A DNA stretch of 62,786 nt, the filler included, from Folioceros fuciformis (lineage: Eukaryota), in assembly GCA_049999805.1 (NCBI GenBank). It is 12 parts of 12 records of this genome, joined end to end, with 100 filler letters (N's around TTAATTAATTAA, not from the genome) between each part and the next. Parts side by side here need not be neighbours in the genome. Positions count along the whole stretch, not along the records: positions 34,468 to 47,226 come from JBNGIO010001625.1; positions 47,327 to 49,111 come from JBNGIO010001626.1; 10 more parts are not named here. The stretch is one strand, 5' to 3'. The notes beneath the pieces were generated by a model. The model was not told the origin of the DNA. It ran no database searches and saw only the letters and a list, made by a program, of their open reading frames with translations. Below, in pieces: positions 36,841 through 47,993 of this stretch; the stretch's first letter is position 1; each line of letters opens with the position of its first letter. The position numbers and the translations under genes are program-made.

Positions 36841-39800
36841 TTATGATTTGCGGCCAAAGCGAACGACGGGACCGGGCGAGCGGTGTTGGCGAGCCAACGG
36901 ATTGAAGTGCCTGAGCAGGCTGCCAAAGACAGATCGTGGCTTGCTCTTGCCAATGCCGGCTCCGTCGACATGCGAGGCGGCCTCGTCGCCTTCTGCAATT
37001 ATCTGTTGCGACGGATGCAGCTGCGCAAAGATTGCGGGAGTAGAGCAGTGGGAGTCGCTACTGGAGTTCTCCATCTCGCTCTCGCTGGCCAGGTAGCAGT
37101 AGTCGTCGGAGACGCTGGAGATGCGCTGATGCCGTTGTAGCGTACCAGAGGAGGAAAGGGAGGTGATGGAGGCCAGGTGCGAGAGCAGTAACCTGGCCTT
37201 AACCTGCGCTCTGGAAGATCCCTCCACCGACAATGCAATCAGGGCAGGCACCACGCCTTCTTCCTTCACCAGCTGGCTATGGTGCGCACTATTGCCGCAC
37301 AGCATCCACAGCGTGGCCGCCGCGTGTTCCTTCTCCTTCTCCGCCGCGCTGTCCGAGTCCAGGACGTCGCACAGAACGGCCAGAGTCCCGTTTGTGGCGG
37401 CTATGCTGTCCCGGCCTTCCCTGGCGGACGACAGGCTGTAGAGCAGAGCCGTACATTTCTCCCGGATGCTGGATGCGGAGACCGCGGGATCGTCCGGGGA
37501 TGGAGACTCGCCGTAGTCTCCGGTGGCAAGAAGGCGAGTCAGCACGCGAACTGCCCCCGCGCGGATCACCCGCAGCCTGTTGCTCATGGAGATGCTCAGG
37601 TTGATGAGCGCAGTCAGCGCGTCCTTGCATCCCTGCTTCGACCCCCGCCGGACGACGTGCACTAGCTGGCTGATGGTGCCCCGGGTTGATCCCATATGAG
37701 CGTGGTTTTCAGGGAGGCACGAGAGGGTGAGGAGAGCCGCCACCGCAGCTTCCTTCGTCTTGGCCCCAGCCTTACCCCGGAGAAGCTCCACCAGCTCCGG
37801 GACCGCGCCCGCAGCCACAATGGCGGCCTTGTTCTTGACGTTGTTGACGCCGAGGTTGAGAATTGCGAAGGCCGCCATCTCCTGTGCCCGGCGCAGGCTG
37901 GCCGGCTCGACATGCAGCTCGTGGTGGATGGCGGAGTGGAGGAAGGCTACCAGGGCTGGGATCAGGCCCGGGGAAGTGGATCCTGTTCTGTTGCTCGAAT
38001 CCGCGTGCCCTAGCTCGACTCTGGCTTCGGCGTTCACCTTGGTCAGGATGCGGATCCTCTCTGCTGCCTGGGACTGCCGCTCCAGGGAGTCACTCAGCAG
38101 CTCCTGCACCAGATGCTGGACCAGTGCTTGCGCTGGGTCGTTCCTCAGATCCGAGGCTGCTGTGCCGATTGTACAGAAGGAGACTCGGTCCTGCAAGTCC
38201 AGAAGAGGAGACCGAGGGTGCGAGGACCTGCTTGATTCCACTGATTCTAATGGGCCTCCGTAAGGATCAGAGAAGGCCTCGAAGCTCTTGGTGCGCCGTG
38301 AGGAACTGCCTCTGCCTGTCGGATTTTCTTGCAACTCAATTTTCCTCTTCTCTAGCAACGTCGTGTACTCCCCAGGCGGGGCACGTTCTACAACGAAGGG
38401 ATGGCATGGCGCGTGAGCAGGCGGATCTATCGAAAGTTCCCGACCAACTTGGTCCTCTCTGTCAGAGCTGTACCTTGCAAAAAGCATGACGTGAAACGTG
38501 AAGGACAATTGAAGAAGCGAGAAATAGTACCTGCAGGATTCTCGTACAAGACGATCTGCTGCTGTGATGGCGCACTCGAATGCTTGTCAGGCTTGTAGTG
38601 ATGCTCACTTGCTGGCTCTGCACCACAGCTGTCCACCACGCGCCCCGCTACGGATGATCCTGCACCACCTACTGTAACCGCATAGAGATCTCCATCGCTA
38701 GTCGTCTCCGGATCCTCCATGGCACCAGCTTGCCCTCGAGAGAGCGTGGTCTTGGAAACCATGTCGGCGGCCGCTGTCGGGATCTGCAACGGACGAGCGT
38801 CGCGATTGGGGCCTCGGCCGGGCATTTTGTCATCCTGCCCTTGCTCAAGGCTGTTGGGAGTTGATCCTCCATACTTCAGGTGGTGGCAGTCGGAAGCATC
38901 TATCGTGCGTGGAATTGTTACGTCCATGACGCTGTAGTTGACCACGTGATTCACCACATCTGTACGACCAACTCTATCTGCAATCTCACCCTTGGAACTG
39001 CCGCCATGATGAACAGCAGCAATGGGTGGAGAATCACGCGTGGTGTCCACGAGGCCCTGAGCAGGCACCGCGCTCTCTAAGCCTTCCCTGGTGATGCTGT
39101 TCTTCAAGCGCTGATCCTGCCCTTGCCCAGCCGCTTCCTGCGTCACCTGACTTCCCTGTGCTGCCATTGAAGGGATAATAGCAACGTGACCGAGAGGATG
39201 GTGGCCTGGGCTGACAACATCTGTCACCCGCTTCGGTGAAGCAACAAGGGAATGTTGCTGCTTTTTTTCTGTTGGACCGTCAGCAAACTCACCGGCGACA
39301 CAGCCAGAGACAGCTTGATCAGGTTGAGCCAGCGGAAAGGGTGGAGGATGCCCGCTCTCCCTAGCTGCTTCACAAGCGTCAGACCCTGAGCTCAGCCGCT
39401 TTTGCAATACCCTGACTTCTGCAAGGGCACTATCCAGCGACGCAGGGTAAGAGGGACGTCCCCACCACTCCAAGTTTCCTTCAGCGTCGCGTCCAGAAGG
39501 CCGGGTGGCATCTGCCTGGGCAGGTAGGCTGCCTTGTTCCACAGCTGTAGCAGGATACGACCGAATAAGGTGCTGAGAAGCAGCAGGCACCTTATTGTCC
39601 AACTCCCGCGAACTTCCCTGTGCCTGCGAGATGTCAGTGGGCCCTGAGTCCGGGAAGTCCTCCACCGCTCTCCTGCTGATCCAAAGCGCGTGAACAGGAA
39701 CGACATCGACTTTGGCATCTCCGGAGGTTTCTCCAAATTTGGGTTTCCAATCCGCATGCTCCCCGTTTCCTTGCTTTGCAGATATTGTGTTACTAATAAT

Positions 39801-40241
39801 ACGCTCCTCGCCTGGCTCCCCGCTATCTGGAGCCTCATGTCCACCAGGCTCAGCTTCGTCCTCCTCTGCGGCTTGCTGCGGCTGCTGCTGAGGCTGCCAG
39901 GCCTGATTCCAGCTGAAGCCGTTTAACCCTGATGTGCTGCTGCAAGGTTTGACGCCGGGAGGCGCCTCAATCCCAGCGATCTCCCAAAACTCAGCAGGAG
40001 CAGCTCTGTGCCTGGATATCTTTCTCTCTGTCGGCTTGACAACACCAGAGTAGTGGCCTCCTCTCCCTTGCCCCTCCTGCTCAGCACCGGAACGCCAGAC
40101 CTGATCCCCTGACAAGCTAGCCGGGGGCTGCACCTCCGCGACCCCCACCAACCTCAGCTGCAATTCCCGGATTGAAAGCCTCTCCAGCTCCTGGGTCTCC
40201 GGACCCGGTTCCTCTGGGATTGTGGCGAGGGGAGCCGGCAT
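36841..40241 (-). CDS. ARM-repeat protein (PUB-type ARM array, no recognisable U-box) with long low-complexity N-terminus; exons 40241-38531 and 38426-36841, ~1098 aa
   Basis: ARM motifs AAERIRILTK, AILNLGVNNVKNKAAIVAAGAVPELV, AVAALLTLS, DALTALINLS, EHAAATLWMLC, GSSRAQVKA. A 104-nt intron (GCAG|GTACTA...TTTCGATAG|AT) joins the two overlapping ORFs in frame. Confidence 0.8.
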
Positions 40242-41012
40242 CTTTCCGCCCAGTGATCCTTCACTCTGTTCACATGATCAGCGCCAGCAACAACGACCCA
40301 GACAGCGTCCGGGCGTGAGACAAGAGTACTCAGTAGCAATGCAAGCAGATGCAGAGGCAGCTATAGCTGAGGGGAAAACGTACTGTTGCCTATCGTACTA
40401 TTGCACTTCTACGCAAAGATTCATCGGTTTATTCTTCCAGCCACAGACTGAAGCTCCCGGACGACCAAACTCCAGTGCGTATTTGCATTGCTGACCCTCG
40501 TTTCCTTCGCTCACCAATGCCGGGCAGCCGGAGCGCAACTCCCAGTCGGCGTTGGCAACAGCAGCAGTTGCCGGGGACTCTGCGCCCTCCGACTGGGCTG
40601 GGGGGCCGCATCGGGAAGGGGAAGGAAGGAGACAGGCGAGCCTCACCTTCTGGGTTGCATCGGGCAACGTTCACAACCTGAAGAAGATGAGAACAGGCCT
40701 TGGGAGGCGCGCGTCAGTGCAGGGTGCCACGTCTGAACCTGAGTGCCCACCGGCTATGGCACATTGAACTGGAGGCCATGCCGCAAATGCAGATAGCGAG
40801 CAGACGCTGATGAGCACCTCTAGACGACGGCCACGAGCCCAGGCAACGGCAACGGCATCGGCATCGGGGAAGCGACCGGTCAGAACGAGTCCGATGTCCG
40901 ACAAAAACCCGAATGGCGGTGAAAGCTTCGTATCTCCACAAGAAGAACAGAATACAAATCTAGCAGACTGTAAAATATCCGTCCCGACACTCAGTTTCTC
41001 TGTCCGCGTTTT

Positions 41013-43933
41013 CTACCTTCCTCTACTTGAAAATCGGTCCACCACTCCTTTCGCTTCAGTGGGTGCCAGATACCGCGCCTGGAATAGAACAGATGATGCA
41101 ACTTGTCACGTCGGGTCGCATCAGGTCATCAGCAGGTCAGGGTCAGGTCAAGTCAGGTCATGGAGGTCAGATGATGAAGCAGCAATGAAATGGCGAGGGA
41201 ACAGCTGCTAGAAAGCTGTAGGGATTCGAGAGCTGGCCTGTATAAACATGCGTTCTGCTTCACCTGACTTGCCCTTTTCTTTCAACAAGATGCCCTGCAA
41301 AACGAAACCCACTCGCATTGCACCATCGCATGTAAGCGGAAACAGCCCAGCAAGAACTTACTTCACGTCAACGCAAGCGCCCACTGTTCGTACCTTCGCC
41401 AGGTATCCTCGAAAATCGTCGGGGTGAGTGGATATTAACCGCTCATACACAGATATGGCGTCCCCAGTGTGATCCCAAGCCACGTATGCCTTCCCAAGTA
41501 GAAGATCAATCTGCACGACACGCTCCCTCTGGACTAGTCAGCTCCAAAATACCATATCCAACGACAAACGGGGACGACGAGGAAGACCGAGTGGGAGGAT
41601 GAGGGAGTCATACGTCTACGAGGTCGGCTTTCTCTATTAATGTTCCTTCACTCCCCGAATCCGATGATGGCGGGTTGGCTGACCCCACCGGGGTTTGACT
41701 AGAGCTTTCCAATTTTGCTTTCAAGCTCAGAAGCTGAGAAACAGCCTGTAAACACGAGTGAAGAAGTTGTCAAGGCTCTACATGGAGTGAACGGAACAAT
41801 CAACTCCACCATCACCGATAGGATGGGATACCTCGCTAGGCTTGTTGTCGGAGATCAAAGCATCAGTTAACCCCTGCACAAGGGCAAACGACTGCGGCAC
41901 CGACAGCTGCTCAAACAGAACCGATTGCCCGCATTGTGAGTTTCGACGTAACCCCGAAACCCTGAACAAAACGATCAGTACGAAAGGATGCAGTGCATAC
42001 ACTGTTCTCGACGTTGATGCCAGCTGTGTACGACGCAGCACTCAGCTTATACTCTCCTATGGCACTCTGGGAATCTCCGAGCAAGCACCATGCTTCCACA
42101 TTACCTGGATCCAACTGCATCACGGCTTGAATACAAAATCAATTGCCGTACTGCTTACCATCTCGATGCTCTTAAGATAGCACGTTACAGTCCACAGAGA
42201 AGCAAGGGACAACGATCAGCCTATCTGCCGTAAAACTCAGTGAACAGCCTTGCTGGCTGAAGCAGAGGCCTACCCTGGTCAGCTTCTCGAGTGGCGGTAT
42301 AGCATTCTGGTACTCCCCAAGCTCAGAATACGCCCTGGCTACCTTCTGCGGATTACAGAACACAATTAGCACCAAATGCTTGCGAACAAGTGAGAGAGAG
42401 AGAGAGAGAGAGGCTGATGCAAAGAAGAACAGATTGCGCAAATGTAACCCCGCATTGCAGGACATGTGCACGACCTGAAGAGCAGATTTATCTTCGGGGG
42501 AGTCCTTCAATGCGGCCTCAAGCTCTTGGACTTGTGCCTGCACAGCGCGCACTTGAGAGCAAGGAATAGAGCCCTCACCAAGTACAAGAGAAGTTGGTGG
42601 ACAAAGCACCAGTCGAGTGGCCCGCCGGTCCTTACGTTTAACCTGGCAGAGACTTCCGGGGGTAGCTGTTTTTTAGCTGGGTTCATAGCTTCTTCTTCTG
42701 CAGGTGGTCTGCCAGCAAGAAACCATAGTCAGATGGATCCTTGACCTCATGAGTCAAACCCGACGCAAATTCCCAAAGAATTGAAGACACCAGTGTGATG
42801 AAAGTGTGAGGATAGAGGGTTGGCTGCACCGAGGGTGGCCGACGCACCTTACAGATGGAAGAAAATCGCCAACAGCAAAAATAAAACCGAACACCACCAC
42901 CGCCACTCCGACACCGATCTACGAAATAGAGGATGGAGCAAACACGTTACAACCTTGGTACAAGTTCTCTCACAATGCCTTTCCCTCAACACAGCTTCTA
43001 CCTTCAAAAAAATGTTATTAGCAGGAGTGACTTCCGAGGGGGCAGCTGGCGCGTCATAATCTATGGGTCTGAATTTCCTTTCTTCCTCTCGCTGCCTTTG
43101 CTCAACGACAGACCTACACAATCTCAAAACACCACTTAATGCAGCACACCTATGGCGACAGAAGAAGAAGGTTGAGGGATGCGGAAAGCGGAAAGCGCAT
43201 TCACCTTTGGATGGATTGCAGACGACTTTCAAATAGCTCGTCATCTTCTGGCCTGGAGGACGACCTCTCCAAGGCATCCGAGTCATCTAAGGAGGGAACT
43301 TCCACATTCTTGAGCTGTGCACTGGTCAGCTGCTCCCCGACTATGGCATGCCCAGCAGTTACAATGAGACGACCCTAAACCCTAAACATGCCACATGCTC
43401 CACACTGTTAAACCACAAACGAGACAAAGCCCGGTGTCTGAGTGGAATACCAATGCTCGAGCTAGTGCCGTCCTGTTGTTGTCTTTTCCTTTCCAGAATT
43501 GTCCTGTAAAACAGTCACTACAAAGGAGGTGACTCACGGACGGACATGGCATCCAAGTCACACAGAGAGGTGCCCATCCATCAGCAACGACATTGAAAAA
43601 TACCTGGCTTTGTCAATTGCAGACTCCTGCTTGCTCCCTGAAGCGATATCCTTTTTCTGTTCACAGACAAGAAGCACGTCTCAAGGCGCGGTTCCTACAC
43701 TCCTCGAATAACCCACAAACGCAGCAGCGCCTCACCTTGGATCGTTTCTTGCTGGATTGCCTTCCAGAAGCTTGCACATCGCCGCGGGAAGCCCTGAGCA
43801 TCGAAATTTGGTACGAATTGCTCTGCGCGAAATCCCACACCCGCTGGAGACGTCGGTACGAGATCGAGCTTCCTCTACCAACACAAGGGATCCGCGGAGA
43901 CCACACCGCACATCCTTGCGACAAGATTGTCAT
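41013..43933 (-). CDS. Plastid-targeted membrane-anchored TPR protein (resembles Arabidopsis At1g78915 family, from memory), 15 short exons
   Basis: Transit-peptide-like N-terminus, then PIDYDAP, TM segment IGVGVAVVVFGFIFAVGDFLP, TPR helices ELGEY...LLGD...LLLGKAY...HPDDFRGYLAKGILL...AERMFIQ|ARYLAP...VDRF. Exon phases were checked through the gene. Confidence 0.88.
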
Positions 43934-44337
43934 CGTCTCCTACGTCCAGATTTCCCGTAGACAGGGTAATGACTTGTATTGGCGAAACGTGCACCAATAG
44001 ACAATTTTCAACGGGAAGATTCGGATACAAGCGGCAGCAATCAAACTGCAACTGAAACCATCCACATCCAGGGATGCACTTCTAATCAGGAGCTTCTAGC
44101 ACAACGCACTATCTCATCGCGTTCCGGAATTTCCTGCCCAACAACTTTTACTAATCGATCCCAAGAAAAGACTGAAGAAGTGGTAAGTGCGGTCAAAACT
44201 TGATGCCCTGGGGCAACCTGGTAGGCCAGGGGACCATACTTGAGCCCACGTGAGAAAAGCCATGACAACTAATCCCCAGCTCCACCGATGCAAGGTAAAC
44301 AATCGCGGCCTCCATTGGGCCCTCAGCTCTCCAGCTC

Positions 44338-47014
44338 TCAGCTTATTAGCTTAGAGACGACGCCCGCACCGACTGTTCGGCCACCCTCCCTCAGTGCGAA
44401 GCGTTGCCCTGTCCTCACGGGGGACGCCACCAGGTTGAGAATAAGGTCACTCCCTTACAAAACAAACTGAACTGACAAACGAGTTGGAGTCCAAAAGTTG
44501 TCGCTTACCATGCTCAATCGGGACAGGGCAGATGAGCTCAAATGTTGCCGTAACGTTGTCCCCAGGCATAACCATCTTCACGTTTTCTGGCAGTTCCACT
44601 TTACCGGTCACGTCAGCTGTTCTTAAATAGAATTGAGGTCGATAGTTTGTTAAGAAAGCTGTATGCCGGCCACCCTCCTCTTTCGTCAGGACATAAATCT
44701 CGGCTTCAAACCTCTGATACGTCTTTACAGAGCCAGGCTTGCACACAACCTGGAAGTACCATTTAAGTGTGAGAGTTCGAGTCCTACACAATGTATCAGG
44801 CCGTCTCTGGCAGAATCATTAGACCAATACCTGTCCTCGCTGGACATCATCCCGTTTCAACCCTCGTATTAGCAAGCCAACATTGTCTCCTGCCTGCGAC
44901 AACACAACAGCATTGGTGAGACATCCAAAAGGCTGGGAAAAGTCCACAGCCACCTCACCAAAGAAGGGCGCCAAACAGTACCTGTCCTTGATCAAGACTC
45001 TTCTTAAACATTTCAACGCCTGTGACTGTTGTCTTCTGTGGTGGGCCCTGTGAACATTATTATTCAATTAGCTAAATATTCATCCACAAGCCACACCAGA
45101 TTCATGACAGATATGGGAAAGGGAGCATGTGACTACTACTTACTGGCTTAAGCCCCAGAACTTCAATTTCATCTCCAACCTTGACTACACCTTGCTCCAC
45201 TCGGCCAGTAACCACAGTTCCACGACCCTGGAATGGTTTGAGTGGAAGGGATCCAGAAGGTTAGGGCGAATGATTCTGGTTGCCAAGTAAAAAGAAGAGA
45301 GGAGTAAAAGAAGACAGAGAAGACAGAAATACGCTAGAAAACAACAATTGTCACCTGGATTGAAAAGACATCCTCAATGGGCATGAGAAAAGCCTTATCA
45401 AGCATCCGCTTCGGCTCTGGGATGTACTCATCGACTGCCTTCATAAGATTCAAAATTGCATTTTTCCCAAGCTCTTCGTTGGTGCCTTGCAGAGCTGCTA
45501 AGGCAGACCCTCGTACGATGGGTATGTCATCACCCGGAAACTTGTAGAAACTCAACAATTCTGCATGTAGGAGAACGTAACTTTAGCTCAGGAGGTATCT
45601 TCTAACCCAAAACCCATGAACTTTCGCTGACTCGTAACACATACATAAGTTGGCCTCACCTCGTAACTCCATCTCTACTAGCTCAAGCAGTTCTTCATCC
45701 TCAACAGCGTCCACCTTATTGAGAAAGCAGACCAGGGAAGGCACACCAACCTGCCTTGTTTCACATGGACAGACAGAAGAGGAAAATGGTTTCAACACGA
45801 AGAGAATCCTGTGAGAGTTACCACAAGATGAAGACAAAAAATGAGAATTATTTAGTTCCAACATCAAATGACGTAAACCTGGCGGGCAAGGAGGATATGC
45901 TCCTTGGTCTGAGGCATGGGCCCATCTGGAGCTGATACCACAAGGATGCCACCATCCATCTGTGCAGCCCCTGTGATCATATTCTGTGGCAACCGAAAAG
46001 AATTGACATGGACAATGAGGACGACAAAAAAAGGAAGTCCAAACCGGCAAAATAGAGACATGCAACCATCTTCAGCACACTTTCGCCCGCCCAATGTTCG
46101 TACCTTCACATAGTCAGCATGTCCCGGACAATCAACGTGTGCATAGTGCCGCTTGTCCGTTTCATACTCAACATGTGCCTGTCATTGAAAATCCATCTGA
46201 ATTCAGAACAAGACATACATCAAAGAAATGCTGAGCAGTCAGCAAGGACGGTGGCACCAAAAATGCCCATAACAGAAACCCCTAACCACAAAGAACCCAC
46301 CGTGGCAATGGTGATTCCGCGCGCTTTTTCTTCCGGCGCTTTGTCAATCTCATCGAACGCAATAGCTTTGGCTTTGCCCTCCATGGCAAGAACCTGAAAG
46401 AAGAGAATGCATGTCTAGACTTAGAACAAGCCCCCAAATCAACCCTTCACCGAATTCCAGGAAACAGGAATTCCACGTCCGGCACCTTCGTGATAGCTGC
46501 AGTGAGTGTGGTTTTCCCATGATCGACGTGGCCAATTGTTCCAATGTTCAAATGAGGCTTCCTGAGACCAGGCCACCAAAATAGAGTGAAACCCCTCTGG
46601 GTTTAGGGTTTAAGCGAAACCGGCCCTAACTAACTAACACCTCAAACCTCTCACGACACGCCGTCTGAGGCGATGCCAGAAGAATTCAGCTACTGCTAGC
46701 AACAGAATTTCATTAGAGAATGTGGAACGTTCTGAACTTCAACTCCCCAAGCAAGAGGATGCGCAGGAGAATAAGATCGAGGCTGAAGAGGCACCGAACA
46801 GCACATCAAGGCGGCGACACGTGACTGACCACGCAAAAGTGAGGGCAACCTACGTGCGATTAAATGTGGCCATATGCCGACGGAGCAAGAGGAAGGCAGC
46901 TGCAGGAGCGCCATCCTGTTGAACACCAACGGATCCAGACACGATAGCAGCAGAGGCAGAGGACGAGCGCGCAGCAGGGAAAAGGCGCAGCACGCGTCGC
47001 GCTGCCGCAGCCAT
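44338..47014 (-). CDS. TUFM: Mitochondrial elongation factor Tu (nuclear-encoded, multi-exon)
   Basis: Arg/Ala/Ser-rich presequence, [77 protein letters not shown]. No plastid-type insertion was noted. Confidence 0.95.
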
Positions 47015-47326
47015 GGCCGGGCAGCGAGTGAGCTCAGCCTGCTCCCAAGACGAGTCCCGAATTCCTAACCAGTCGACCACATCGCGCCAGCCGTCCCAAG
47101 GCAGGCAGATCCCGGCTGCTATCACTCGCCGCCAAATGTCTTAGATGCTTGGTCGCCAAGCCTGCTGCTCCTGCTCCAACTCCTAAACCGTAATGCGGTT
47201 TCCTAACGGAGTTTCGCACATTCTCGNNNNNNNNNNNNNNNNNNNNNNNNNNNNNNNNNNNNNNNNNNNNTTAATTAATTAANNNNNNNNNNNNNNNNNN
47301 NNNNNNNNNNNNNNNNNNNNNNNNNN

Positions 47327-47993
47327 ACGCCTGCTCTCCTTTATGTTGTTTTTGCAACCCGGCTGAAGTGAGCCGAGTCTGCTCTTCCTGGTAAAGGGCT
47401 CCTATCAAATCTTCCATAGTAATGGTAGTTCATAGGGTGCCACCTGATGCAGAAGCTGCAACAGGGCCATTCTGATAACTTGTAACAAAAGATTGATAGG
47501 AAGGAGGCAAACTGGTAAGTAACTGGGAGATTGATTCAGATTCCGTCATTTGTGTTTTGGTAATAGATTGAATCTGAGCTCGAAGGTGATGAAATTTGCT
47601 GGTATGTGTAGCCATCTTGTCCCCTTCTTTCATTCGCAGTGTATAGAATTCTATACGAACTGCTGATAATGTGGCCATGGTGGTTGTGTGATAGGTTTTC
47701 TCCAACTGGTTCCAAATATCTTCAGCTAATGTGAGGAATTCAACATTGGGAATAAGGGCTGCATCTAGCCCATTCACTATCACAGCCATTGCAACACCAT
47801 TGTTGTGCTCCCATTTGGCAAATTCATCAGGTTTGGTTTGCGGGTCAGGTTTCTTAAAGGAACCATCGACAATAGACCAAACACCTCGAGCTGTGAGAAT
47901 AGTTCTCATTCAAACTCGCCAGATAGAATAGCCAGTACCTCTAAACCTATCCTTATCTTTGACATCAGAACTAAACGAGGCATGGTTTGCCAT
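47327..47993 (-). mobile_element. Degenerate copia gag (partial, cut by contig end)
   Basis: MANHASFSSDVKDKDRFRGTGYSIWRV*MRTILTARGVWSIVDG...AEDIWNQL...LRMKEGD...QLLTSLPPSYQSFV...*...LIGALYQEE, with two in-frame TGA. Confidence 0.88.

Noticed and set aside
36883-38489. Many plus-strand ORFs over the ARM gene, and similar antisense ORFs over INTS3, RPN11 and TAF2
   Set aside because: These are shadow ORFs from GC-rich coding sequence on the opposite strand, with no independent motifs.
44338-47014. EF-Tu as bacterial contamination or horizontal transfer
   Set aside because: It has many spliceosomal introns and an N-terminal targeting presequence, as expected for the nuclear gene of the mitochondrial factor.
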